Shown: positions 29,064-38,614 of the stretch, piece after piece
Layout of the letters: every line of letters starts with the position of its first letter
How positions within the stretch are numbered: the first letter of the stretch is position 1
NCBI GenBank assembly: GCA_965223295.1
Contig: CBDCWC010000003.1
Coordinates: forward strand, 832,001 to 896,000
Length of the DNA stretch: 64,000 bases
Direction: 5' to 3'
Source of the DNA: Nitrospirales bacterium
Lineage (GTDB): Bacteria; Nitrospirota; Nitrospiria; Nitrospirales; UBA8639
Made by a program: the position numbers and the translations under genes
The notes under the pieces: generated by a model
What the model saw: the letters and a program-made list of their open reading frames with translations, nothing else
What the model was told of the DNA's origin: nothing
Database searches by the model: none

Positions 29064-29564
29064 ATGAAAAAACGAATTCTCATTTTCAGCATCGCGGGCT
29101 TGATGTTACTTGGTACCGTTATTGCCGTTGGTGCATCGAAAAGCCATTCCGGGTGGTGCGACTCACATGACGGAGGCTTCATGTCGTCTCACTGGGGAAA
29201 ACGTCACGATGGTCAACGTAAGATTGATCGCATCACAGAAAAACTGGATTTAAACGAGACACAGAAGGCCAAACTTGAGGGGGTGCAAGAGTCTTTGCAG
29301 GAGGCCCGTCAAGTCATGTCCCAGGCCAGGGTTCAAACCTTCGATGAGGTTCTCGATCTGATTTCCAGTGACACGCTCGACCAGAGCCGCGTCCAAGGCA
29401 TCGTGAAACGGCATCAAGCGATTGTGGAGGACTTCACCCCAGAGGTAACCGCCAAGATTGCTGACTTTCACGCCGTCTTAACTCCGGAACAAAAGTCCAA
29501 AGCGGCAGAATTCTTACAGAAATGGAAGGACCGCTTTGAGAATCGGAGAAAGTCTCAAACTTAA
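29064..29564 (+). CDS. Spy/CpxP-family periplasmic chaperone
   Basis: AAGGAG RBS, signal peptide, LDLNETQ and LTPEQK (LTxxQ) motifs. Confidence 0.85.
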   Translation: MKKRILIFSIAGLMLLGTVIAVGASKSHSGWCDSHDGGFMSSHWGKRHDGQRKIDRITEKLDLNETQKAKLEGVQESLQEARQVMSQARVQTFDEVLDLISSDTLDQSRVQGIVKRHQAIVEDFTPEVTAKIADFHAVLTPEQKSKAAEFLQKWKDRFENRRKSQT

Positions 29565-29575
29565 TGCCAAAGAAG

Positions 29576-29609
29576 GATGGGGAAGGCTGAAGCCTTCCCC
29601 ATCATTTTT
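29576..29609 (+). terminator. Intrinsic terminator between the cpxP-like gene and the regulator
   Basis: GATGGGGAAGGCT-GA-AGCCTTCCCCATC-ATTTTT. Confidence 0.75.
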
Positions 29610-29625
29610 GTAGCCCTAAGCTCTT

Positions 29626-30365
29626 ATGCCCATCACCGTTTTAATCATTGATGATGATCACAAGCTTAATGAGTTGCTGAAAGACTACCTCAGTCCCTTT
29701 GGAATGAGGGTATTGACCTCAGAACATCCTAATCAAGGCCTGACCCTGTTCCGGCAAAAGAACCCATCGCTGATTATTCTGGATCTGATGCTTCCGGAAA
29801 AAGATGGCTTTACCGTTTGTCGGGAAATCCGGAAAGAAAGCACCGTGCCGATCATCATGCTGACGGCCCGCGGCGATCTTCCCGACCGTATCGTGGGACT
29901 CGAAATTGGGGCTGACGACTATCTCGCCAAGCCCTTTGAACCACGAGAGCTCGTCGCAAGAATCCAAAGTGTGTTGCGACGGAGCGATGTCGAAGTGAGC
30001 CATCATTCGACGGCTGGTCGGATCCAAGTTGACGAATTGACTGTCGATCTTCGTAAGCAGACAGTCTTACTAAAGGGCCATCCTCTGGATCTGACTACCA
30101 TGGAATTTGAATCCTAGCCCTGTTCCTCAAGAATCCTGAGGCCGTACTAAGCCGAGAAGAAATGATGGACCGCATCCGTGGGATCGACTGGGAAGCTTAT
30201 AACCGTTCTATCGATGTGGCGATCAGTCGTCTACGCCAAAAGTTGCAAGATGACCCCAAACGACCACGCTATATCAAAACCATCTGGGGTGCTGGCTATC
30301 AATTTCTGCCGATCCCACGTCCTGTGGATATGGAGTTCCCGCCTGGCTCGGTTCATGAAAAGTGA
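29626..30365 (+). pseudogene. OmpR/CpxR-family response regulator, frameshifted near 30110
   Basis: Receiver domain ends TTMEFES*; adding one A gives MEFEILALFLKNPEAVLSREEMMDR, joining the winged-helix ORF (RSIDVAISRLR...IKTIWGAGY). Confidence 0.88.
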
Positions 30366-31690
30366 TGAGACTCCTTCGCCAACGTTCCATTTTCGTCAAA
30401 CTCCTTCTCATTTTTCTGGCTACCGCTGTTGCCCTCGTTCTCGTCATCCGCGGGTTTTTTTTCATTGGACTTGATCAAAGTCAGAGTTTCAAAGTGGACT
30501 TGTTCAGAAACTTGTCTAAATACTCCCTTCAACTCGTCCAAGAAATCGGGACTCCGCCGGATGAGAAGCGGGCAAGAGCTCTAGCCAATGAATTGGGCGT
30601 CCAGTTTCGCATGAAGAGCAGTACAGAAACATGGTCAACGGATCCAACCCTTCCTCCTATGTCAGCATTGACGATTGAGGAGAGCTTTTCCAATTCCACC
30701 ACACAGGTTGGACGCTATCGTCGACATCCTTTCGTGCTCATCAACCAAGATAGCATCCAGTATGCCTTATTTTTTCTTCACCGCCCCTTTGGAGAACTCC
30801 CAGCTTGGAGCTTCTTAGGGTTAGCGGGTGTGGTCGGACTCATTATTGGAGCCTGCTATATGGCAGTTCATCGCCTGTTTCGACCACTCCGTTGGCTGAA
30901 CGAAGGGGTGGAGAAAATTGCCAAGGGACAATTCGAACATCAGGTCCCCGTAGGATCAGCTGATGAACTTGGCCGACTAACACAGGCATTCAATGAAATG
31001 GCACAACACGTGAACGAGATGATTCAAGCGCGTGACCGGCTGTTACTGGATGTGAGCCATGAACTCCGTTCGCCCTTAACACGGATGAAGCTGGCGATTG
31101 AAATGCTAGAAGATCAATCTGCCAAGGGGAACCTTCAGCTGGAGATTCGAGAATTAGAAGCCATGGTGACTGAGTTATTGGAATCAGAACGGCTTAACAG
31201 TGAGCTTGGCGGACTTACGTTAACTCCGATAGATCTTGTCCCTATCGTGAAAGAATTGGCTGAATCCTACGCCTCAGTTGGACCAGGTGCTCAGCTTGTG
31301 TCAGCACCACAGAATGTCCGCCTACCACTCGATCCTCATCGTGTCCAGATCGCCATACGAAATGTCATCGACAACGCCCTGAAATATTCTCGTCCTGAGT
31401 TAGGTCCTGTCAGACTTCGACTTGACGTCAACAGAGACGAGGCTCTTGTCTCGGTAGAAGACCACGGCATAGGAATACCAGTAGAGGATCAGTCGCGCAT
31501 TTTCGAACCCTTTTACCGGATAGACCCGTCGCGAACTAGAAACACGGGCGGGTATGGTCTGGGGCTAAGTCTTGTGAAGAAAATTATGGTTGCGCATGGA
31601 GGCGAGGTTGCCGTACAAAGCCAATCTGGACGCGGGAGCACATTCACGCTCAGATTCCCGATTGTCTCCACAGAAGTTCCTCGCCAATAA
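30362..31690 (+). CDS. HAMP-domain sensor histidine kinase (CpxA-like)
   Basis: Two TM helices, HAMP DELGRL, SHELRSPLTR, NALKY, GGYGLGL. Confidence 0.92.
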   Translation: MMRLLRQRSIFVKLLLIFLATAVALVLVIRGFFFIGLDQSQSFKVDLFRNLSKYSLQLVQEIGTPPDEKRARALANELGVQFRMKSSTETWSTDPTLPPMSALTIEESFSNSTTQVGRYRRHPFVLINQDSIQYALFFLHRPFGELPAWSFLGLAGVVGLIIGACYMAVHRLFRPLRWLNEGVEKIAKGQFEHQVPVGSADELGRLTQAFNEMAQHVNEMIQARDRLLLDVSHELRSPLTRMKLAIEMLEDQSAKGNLQLEIRELEAMVTELLESERLNSELGGLTLTPIDLVPIVKELAESYASVGPGAQLVSAPQNVRLPLDPHRVQIAIRNVIDNALKYSRPELGPVRLRLDVNRDEALVSVEDHGIGIPVEDQSRIFEPFYRIDPSRTRNTGGYGLGLSLVKKIMVAHGGEVAVQSQSGRGSTFTLRFPIVSTEVPRQ

Positions 31691-31994
31691 ATTAGACGAA
31701 TGGTTCTTTCATGGTCGATGCGTACCACGTTGCAGAGGTTTGTGGAGAGAGATAAGACCACGCATCGCAAAATTGAGTATAGAGAGACACACTACTCGAC
31801 AGTCAGAGGACATAGGGGGGAAAATCTTTCACGGCGCAAATTTTTGATTGATGGTCGTGTGGGAGAAATTTGTTTTTAAAACGTGTTTAGAATGGGAGAT
31901 CATGGAAAGCTAAGAAAGTCAGATAAGTTTTTTGACTATACGGGCCAACAAAATTCAGATGTGTAAAGGGAAACTATTTGAAGATGGGGTAGAA

Positions 31995-32762
31995 CTACGC
32001 ACCTTCTGTTTCAATATGGATGGTTCTCCCGCAGTGCTTGCAATGCACGGCATCGGGGTCATGTCGTTTCAGTCCGCAATCGGGACAACCATATTCCACT
32101 TTAGCCGGTCGAAAGACGGCCTGGAGGAGATGGAGAAATAATGCAACGCCCAATACCATGATCACGACTGCTAATAATCGCCCGATGTCTCCCGTCAGGG
32201 TAATATCGCCAAAGCCAGTGGTCGTCAAGGTTGTCACCGTAAAATACAGGGCGTCCGTATACGTGCTAATTTGCGAATTCACATCATGCTGAAACACATA
32301 AACCAGCGCTGTGACCACAAAAATAAACACAAAGAGGTTAATAACGCTGTGTATCACTTCTTCATTTCGGGCAAAAAACCGATACTGACTTCGGAGATCT
32401 CTAAGAAGATGATACGACCGCAATAACCGGAGGGACCGAAACACTCGTAAGAATGCAAGGTTTTCAATGAATGCCGCAGCTAGCAACGCAAGGATGACCA
32501 CGATATCCAGAAGGGAAATCGGCTGAATAAGGAAATTGAGGCGATTGCCAGAAAGAAACAATCTCGCAAGAAAATCTAAGCTCAGAACAATCGCGATCGT
32601 AACGTCAATGGTGATAATCCAGGCAGATAACTCCACCATGGAGGTCACAATAAAAAAACTGATGGTAATGATATCGAACGCAATCAGCCCAAAACGAAAG
32701 TAGACCGATGTCTTACTCGTTCCATAGTAGAGGTTATATAAGGAGTCTCTGAACGCAGACAT
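31995..32762 (-). CDS. Potassium channel family protein (6-TM)
   Basis: S4-like LRVFRSLRLLR; pore TTTGFGDI; C-terminal CPDCG...HCKHCG. Confidence 0.9.
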   Translation of the reverse strand: MSAFRDSLYNLYYGTSKTSVYFRFGLIAFDIITISFFIVTSMVELSAWIITIDVTIAIVLSLDFLARLFLSGNRLNFLIQPISLLDIVVILALLAAAFIENLAFLRVFRSLRLLRSYHLLRDLRSQYRFFARNEEVIHSVINLFVFIFVVTALVYVFQHDVNSQISTYTDALYFTVTTLTTTGFGDITLTGDIGRLLAVVIMVLGVALFLHLLQAVFRPAKVEYGCPDCGLKRHDPDAVHCKHCGRTIHIETEGA

Positions 32763-32894
32763 GCTGAAGATATTAAAAATCTAACGACAGGAGAACGCTA
32801 AACAGTCAGCTATTGATTCACCAAGGATTAGCTTTCCATGCATAGATCGAGACCAATTTTGACTTGGGCAAAATAACAAGAACGCAAGAGCCTT

Positions 32895-33428
32895 CTACGA
32901 TCTATTGGTATTTTTCAAAGTGATATCAACCATCATCTCGTCGGCGAGGCGCTCCAGAATAGTGCGGACCTGTTCGGAATCAGTCTGGGTAGGGAGGACG
33001 AGCTCTGTCTCGGCTCGAAAAATTCGTTCTCCTGACATAGGAGCACTTTCGACAACAGTCCGAAGATCTTGCATGCTGACGCCAAGAGCCGCCAACTTAC
33101 TCGAGATCTCTCGTACAATCCCAGGGCGGTCTTGTCCAACTAACTCCAGCTGTAACGAATTGTGATGATCGACACTGGCCAATGACCAGTCGCTGTCCAC
33201 CACACTCACGGAAAGCCCGCGGTCAGCCAGCATGGGAAGAGCCGCCATGAAGCTCTCCGTCTGATTTTCAGGTAGATGAATCTGGACGACTCCCGCGAAA
33301 TGTCCGGCCAAGCGCGCCATACGACTTTCGTCCCAACTCCCTTCATATTGCGCGATGACATCCGCCAGAGATTCAACCAGTCCAGGCCGATCTTTACCGA
33401 TGACTGTGAGAACTAATGCCCGAGTCAT
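32895..33428 (-). CDS. gcvR: ACT-domain glycine cleavage repressor-like protein
   Basis: Two ACT domains: GKDRPGLV and GQDRPGIV. Confidence 0.85.
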   Translation of the reverse strand: MTRALVLTVIGKDRPGLVESLADVIAQYEGSWDESRMARLAGHFAGVVQIHLPENQTESFMAALPMLADRGLSVSVVDSDWSLASVDHHNSLQLELVGQDRPGIVREISSKLAALGVSMQDLRTVVESAPMSGERIFRAETELVLPTQTDSEQVRTILERLADEMMVDITLKNTNRS

Positions 33429-33677
33429 AGGGGCAGTCTAGACATTCACCCTGTCGCATTACAAGATCTAACCAAAAACCTGGTGCCACATCCGAATGTC
33501 TCTGTATAAGGAAGAACGAGAAGTCAAAGCGGCATGAACTCGACCTTGAAAGTGATGTAGCCCACAAAGAGGCTATTTTGGTGTGAGGATAAAAAGAAAC
33601 CTGTTTTTAGAAGATAGGGAATCGGGAAATGAGGGAATGACAAGAAAGTCACATGATTTTTTCGACCCTTCTTTCTT

Positions 33678-33865
33678 GGTCTGTTGAATAATTCAATTTC
33701 AAGTTACGTAAAGGCCTTCAGAGCATGGTGACTTCAATGCGACGGGAATGGTCAAAAAAGTCCGCCCAGCAAGGCCACAGCCCTTTATGCACGCGGAGCG
33801 TACTGGTTCCACGTGAGCACGGAACAATGGCGAGAACGCCGCTGGCGGCTTTTTTCAACATTCCC
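33678..33865 (-). mobile_element. ~190-bp MITE-like repeat, copy 2 (inverted)
   Basis: Reverse complement matches 12531-12721 (...GTGAGCACGG...GAGAACGCCGCTGGCGGCTTTTTTCAACA). Confidence 0.78.
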
Positions 33866-33973
33866 TTTCTCAAACCTGGAATAGCTCACAATTCCTGTCA
33901 CCTGTTGAACGCATAGCCAATTCCACACCTTTGCTTTTCATCTCAGAATGGAGAAAACATCGCTCAACTCTGG

Positions 33974-34720
33974 CTATCGCGTCGGTACGTCAAACACGAG
34001 GAATTCACAGCCATGAGAAATATCCAGGGAGAATTCTCGACTGTCTCGTATCCCAAAACCATCGCCTTTTACCAATTGCTGGCCCAAGACGGTCATTTGC
34101 CCATCGATGATATACACAAAGGCATGGTTTTCCGCTAACTTGGGTTGGTAGCTCAGGCTCTTGGAGTCTTGAAAATTTCCATAACTGATATACGCGTCCT
34201 GCTGGACAACCAAACTTCCGTCAACGCCATCAGGGGAAAGGACGCATACGAGATGGGACTCGTAGTCGCTTGGCTCAAAGTGTTTGCGATTAAAATTTGG
34301 TGGGAGATTTTTCGCTCGCGGTATCAACCATATTTGCAGCGCGCGCATCGTTTCGGTTTCGGAATTATTTTCTTCGTTATGAACAATGCCGCTTCCCGCT
34401 GTAATAATTTGTATACCTTTGGCTTGGAGGCATCCGTTATGAGACGCGTCATTGGGGTCAATGTGGTTAACTTCCCCTGACACCATGAAGGTCACGACCT
34501 CAACATCGTGATGCGGATGAAATCCGAATCCTTTTGCGGCGGGCTGCAAAACGCCATCATCAATGGTGATCAGTGCGCCGAATCTCTGTCGTTCTGGCGC
34601 GAAATTCGGCTTAAAACAGAGGTGTGCCTGCATAAACCCAAAATCTTCAAATTTCCTGGTGTTTGCTGGCAAAAAAATCGTATCGCGTTTCAAGTCAATG
34701 CTCCTGTTAATGGCCACCAC
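33974..34720 (-). CDS. Pirin-family protein (YhhW-like)
   Basis: GFGFHPHHDVEVVT, TAGSGIVHNE, LQIW motifs. Confidence 0.88.
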   Translation of the reverse strand: MVAINRSIDLKRDTIFLPANTRKFEDFGFMQAHLCFKPNFAPERQRFGALITIDDGVLQPAAKGFGFHPHHDVEVVTFMVSGEVNHIDPNDASHNGCLQAKGIQIITAGSGIVHNEENNSETETMRALQIWLIPRAKNLPPNFNRKHFEPSDYESHLVCVLSPDGVDGSLVVQQDAYISYGNFQDSKSLSYQPKLAENHAFVYIIDGQMTVLGQQLVKGDGFGIRDSREFSLDISHGCEFLVFDVPTR

Positions 34721-35294
34721 CTAATATTTCTTCGCCCAGAATTTTCATGAGCTTGCCACCATCTTCACTCGCCCAATTGACCGCGAGGTCGGCAATGATG
34801 GCACTCGTCGTCGTCAATTCCACGCCAGAACGTTCCATACGACGAAAGGCCATTTCATCGGTCAACGTGGTCGGAGAACCGGAGGCATCAACAACACCGT
34901 AGACTTCAAATCCCTCATCAGCGGCACTGATCGCTGGCGGGTCCAGACAGACGTCGGTGGTCACGCCGGCCATGAGCAATTGCTTACGGCCCGTGTCGCG
35001 GCACGCCCGCGCAAATCGCTCATCATCCCAACAATTGACGACACCGGGTCGTTTAATCCGAGCGCCAAACGCGTCGGGTGCGATCGTTTCAAGAGCAGGC
35101 ATTAACGGCCCCTGCATGTGATCTTCCTGACTGCTGGTGAAAACCAGCGGCATGTTCAGAGCCACCGCCACCTTCGCTAATGCTCGTGTGTTGGCTTCCA
35201 CAATTGATTTTTCGATTGATCCGATCCAGTTCATGGTGCCAATTTGATGATCGATCAGAATCATTGCCGCATCACTCGCTTTGGCCTTTTTCAT
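34707..35294 (-). CDS. Isochorismatase-family hydrolase (YcaC-like)
   Basis: IDHQ, GPLMP, NCWDD, TGRKQL, AGVTTDVC. Confidence 0.88.
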   Translation of the reverse strand: MKKAKASDAAMILIDHQIGTMNWIGSIEKSIVEANTRALAKVAVALNMPLVFTSSQEDHMQGPLMPALETIAPDAFGARIKRPGVVNCWDDERFARACRDTGRKQLLMAGVTTDVCLDPPAISAADEGFEVYGVVDASGSPTTLTDEMAFRRMERSGVELTTTSAIIADLAVNWASEDGGKLMKILGEEILGGGH

Positions 35295-35381
35295 AGTCCT
35301 ATCTCCTCAAGAGGTTGATGTGTAAAATAGGATTGTTACATAGGGTTGAACACATTCGTAAGTAGGTACATTATGGGAACC

Positions 35382-35738
35382 ATGAAAAAAACAGCGAGAG
35401 CCCACATCCGATCAAAATTGCCTTCGGCAACAAACTGTCCGGTCGAAACCACTATTGAGGTGATTGGAGGGCGTTGGAAGTGCCCGATCATTGATCAGTT
35501 ACTGAAAGGGACGAAACGTTTTCAAGAGCTGCGGCGAGCGATTCCAGACGCCTCGCAACGAATGCTCACGAAACATCTGCGTGAGCTTGAACACGATGGG
35601 CTCATTTATAGGGAAGTCTATACCGAAGTACCACCACGGACAGAGTACTCGCTCACCCCGATGGGTCGATCGCTAAAACCGGTATTGAGGGCGATGGCAG
35701 AGTGGTCAATGACGAATATGGGCGCAAAGCTGGAGTGA
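35382..35738 (+). CDS. HxlR-family transcriptional regulator
   Basis: CPVETTIEVIGGRWK, LRELEHDGL, VPPRTEYSLT; divergent from the hydrolase/pirin pair. Confidence 0.9.
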   Translation: MKKTARAHIRSKLPSATNCPVETTIEVIGGRWKCPIIDQLLKGTKRFQELRRAIPDASQRMLTKHLRELEHDGLIYREVYTEVPPRTEYSLTPMGRSLKPVLRAMAEWSMTNMGAKLE

Positions 35739-35784
35739 GCGTCCAGCCAGAGCGCCTGTTGACCGACGGTAATTTTTTCGGCTA

Positions 35785-35814
35785 TTCGTCACAGTTCGGC
35801 CAGAAGCAGCCATT
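35785..35814 (+). repeat. Island junction palindrome A (degenerate left arm)
   Basis: TTCGTCACAGTTCGGCCAGAAGCAGCCATT; core and right arm resemble sites B and C. Confidence 0.45.
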
Positions 35815-35980
35815 GCTCTTGTTTGATACGAAGGCAAAACAGACAATCATTGTTCACAACAGAAACTGCCGTAAAGCAGTCCCGGTTGCTTGTACTGAGT
35901 ATGAGACATTATTTTCCGCAGAATTGTCGTCATATCTATGTCAGTACTTACTTTGATAAAGTCAGTAACCATCGTTCTTC

Positions 35981-36924
35981 CTACTCGTGTGTCAGATTTT
36001 TGCATACCTGCTCAATATGTCGATAATCGGTTCCACAACAGCCTCCCAATACGGTTATATGTGGGGCGAGGGATTTTAAGTTGGCAAGCTCTGCACCAAA
36101 TTGTGTTGGTTTCCCTCATCAAGGGTTTCTGATTCAATCAATTCCGCATGACTAGGGCAGGAGGCATTGCCCCGCAATCCTTTGACACGATTTAACCAAC
36201 TATCTTGTGCGTTAAAAAGATACGAAAAATGTGTGGGGTGCGCACAGTTAATCATATAGTAAGCCGGACCACGATCAGTAGCCTGGTCGACGGCATGTAT
36301 TGCCTGTTCTAGTGATTCACCTGTTGGAAGCTTGCCGTTGGTTTCGACGGTAAATGAAATGCACACGGGTAAGCCATATTCTTGAGCGGCTAGGGTAATG
36401 CCAATGGCCTCTTCAACGTAATTCAGCGTGAGGGCAGCTATCATGTCCGCATTAGATTTGGCGAACGTAGCGATTTGTGCTGAATGATAGTCTTGTGCTT
36501 TAGCCACCGTCATTTTTTGTGAGGGAATGTAGCCATCACCACGTGGGCCGAGGCAGCCACTGATCACAATCGGTGTATCCCCATTTTCATATCCCTCTCG
36601 AATATCTTCAATCAGTTTGACGGATTGAAGATTAAAGCTCTCGAGGACTTGTGGGGAATCGCCAATTTTATAGCTCCAATCTTTATTTGCCCTCCAGGTT
36701 GGTGTCTCAAGGATAAGCCCTAGTTGATAGCTCTGAGCCATTTCAGCGTAAGTTTTGTAGTAGTTAGATAGGGTTTTATAACCCTGTTGATGGCGCAATA
36801 AATCATAAGCAGCGAGTTCGGGTAAATCTAGTTGGTGGTGAAAAACTAGATCGGTTTTCATTCCGCCATCGGTAATACAGATTTTGTCATCTAGCTGCGG
36901 TAATTGTTGTGTGGTGATTCCCAT
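35981..36924 (-). pseudogene. Homocysteine S-methyltransferase family, frameshifted near 36108
   Basis: TPTWRAN, GPRGDGY, INCAHP; the missing C-terminus PTQFGAELANL...LGGCCGTDYRHI...HE* lies in another frame. Confidence 0.88.
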
Positions 36925-37143
36925 ATCATTGTCCTTCTTTTGAGTAGATGGTGTGCATAGAGTGAATAATTCAATGTGATCAGATTAGTCTTAGGACTGA
37001 ATTTTTCTAGTGAACTGCCGTTACTTTTTTTCATATTTTTAATAAACTACACTAAAGACGAGGGGATAGAGACTTGATAAGTAGGCACGTAAACCACTAA
37101 GGACCTCGGTGCTGCTAGAAACTTGACTCGGGGTAAAGTAAAT

Positions 37144-37752
37144 ATGGCCACAAAAGGTGAAGCGACCAAAGATCGATTACTGGATATAGCCGAGCGGCAT
37201 ATCCTTCAGAATGGTTTCGCTGCCACTTCAATAGATAATTTGATTAAGGAAGCCGGTATCACAAAGGGAGGGTTCTTCTATCACTTTAATGGGAAAAATG
37301 CCCTGGCCTATGCGTTGATGCAACGATACCGAGAGCGAGACGCGTTTTTATTCAGTGGCCTGTTCAAACGTGCCGAAGAACTGACCGACGATCCACTCCA
37401 GCAAATACTGGTGTTTGTCAAATTACTGGCTGAAATGATGGAGAATCTTGAGGGGCTTCAACCCCGGCTGCCTTGTGGTCTCGTTTACTACGAAAGTCAT
37501 CAAGTGAACGACGAAGTTCACAAGATCACAGCAGACAGTGTGATGGATTGGCGAAGATTATTCAGAGAGCAACTTGATAAAATCAATGCAAGATATACAG
37601 CAAATAGCGACACCACCAGTGATGATCTAGCCGATATGCTTTCAACGATCATCGAAGGTGGTATCGTCGTCTCGAGAGCGCTCAATGATCCTTCGATTTT
37701 GATAAAACAGCTACTGGAATACCGATCATTTGTTAACTTGTTGTATTCCTAA
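37144..37752 (+). CDS. TetR-family regulator (contains a locally frameshifted segment)
   Basis: GFAATSID...GITKGGFFYHF HTH; divergent from the methyltransferase. Confidence 0.88.
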   Translation: MATKGEATKDRLLDIAERHILQNGFAATSIDNLIKEAGITKGGFFYHFNGKNALAYALMQRYRERDAFLFSGLFKRAEELTDDPLQQILVFVKLLAEMMENLEGLQPRLPCGLVYYESHQVNDEVHKITADSVMDWRRLFREQLDKINARYTANSDTTSDDLADMLSTIIEGGIVVSRALNDPSILIKQLLEYRSFVNLLYS

Positions 37753-37865
37753 TATCAGCAATGAGGCACGCCGTTGTTCAGCCAGTAATCGCGAATGATC
37801 TACTTGAATGAGCCGTTATGCTTTCAGGTCTTGTTCCCTTATTTCTTTGCACACAGAATTCACCC

Positions 37866-37893
37866 TGGCCGCTTTGGGTCGAATAGCGAACAT
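37866..37893 (+). repeat. Island junction palindrome B
   Basis: TGGCCGCT-TTGGGTCGAAT-AGCGAACAT, 50 bp upstream of the recombinase start. Confidence 0.65.
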
Positions 37894-37942
37894 CTCCCAG
37901 CTCGATCCTAATCATTCCCCACTTAAAAAGGGGGCTATAATT

Positions 37943-38568
37943 ATGATTAGTTTCTCTCAAGCCGCACCAGCGTCAGCGCCTTGAAATAAAGGCCAACTCA
38001 TTGGGCAAAAACCGACCTTAAAACTCCGGGAGATCAGGGCAATCCGCATCAGACTGCAGCTCAAGAACGATCCACGAGAATTGGCCATGTTTAACTTGGC
38101 CATCGACGGTAAGTTACGCAGTTGTGATCTCGTGCACCTCAGGGTGCGAGATGTCTTTCATGGCCATAGGATTGCTCCGCGAGCCATGGTGCTACAGCAG
38201 AAAACCCACCAGCCGGTTCAATTTGAGATCACGGAACAAACCAGAGAGGCTCTCACCAACTGGTTGGGCTCCCATCATTATCGACCAGACGACTATCTGT
38301 TTCCGAGTCGCATCAATCGTTCGCATCATCTTTTCACCCGACAATAGGCCCGAATCGTTCACAAGTGGGTCGAAATGATGGGCCTTGATTCCGCACTCTA
38401 TGGCACACATTCATTGCGAAGGACAAAAGCCACGCTCATCTACCGGCGAACGAAAAATCTTCGAGCGGTGCAGCTCTTATTAGGCCACACCAAACTAGAA
38501 AGTACCCTTCGTTATCTGGGGATAGAAGTGGAGATGCACCGGAAATGGCGGAACAGACCGAGGTTTGA
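37943..38568 (+). pseudogene. Small catalytic-domain-only tyrosine recombinase (PWNKG-type), inactivated
   Basis: P*NKGQLIGQKPTLK...LAMFNLAIDGKLRSCD...QQKT...TRQ*ARIV...GTHSLRRTKA...LLGHTKLESTLRYLG; stops at 37982 and 38345 plus a frameshift near the 3' end. Confidence 0.88.
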
Positions 38569-38614
38569 ACAAAAGGATGACTAGCGGCCTTGGATACAAG
38601 GTCGCTATCCGGCC

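Noticed and set aside
37982-38347. Stop-codon recoding (Sec/Pyl or alternative code) in the recombinase
   Set aside because: Both a TGA and a TAG plus a frameshift occur, each stop is one base from the expected Trp or Tyr codon, and other genes use these stops normally.
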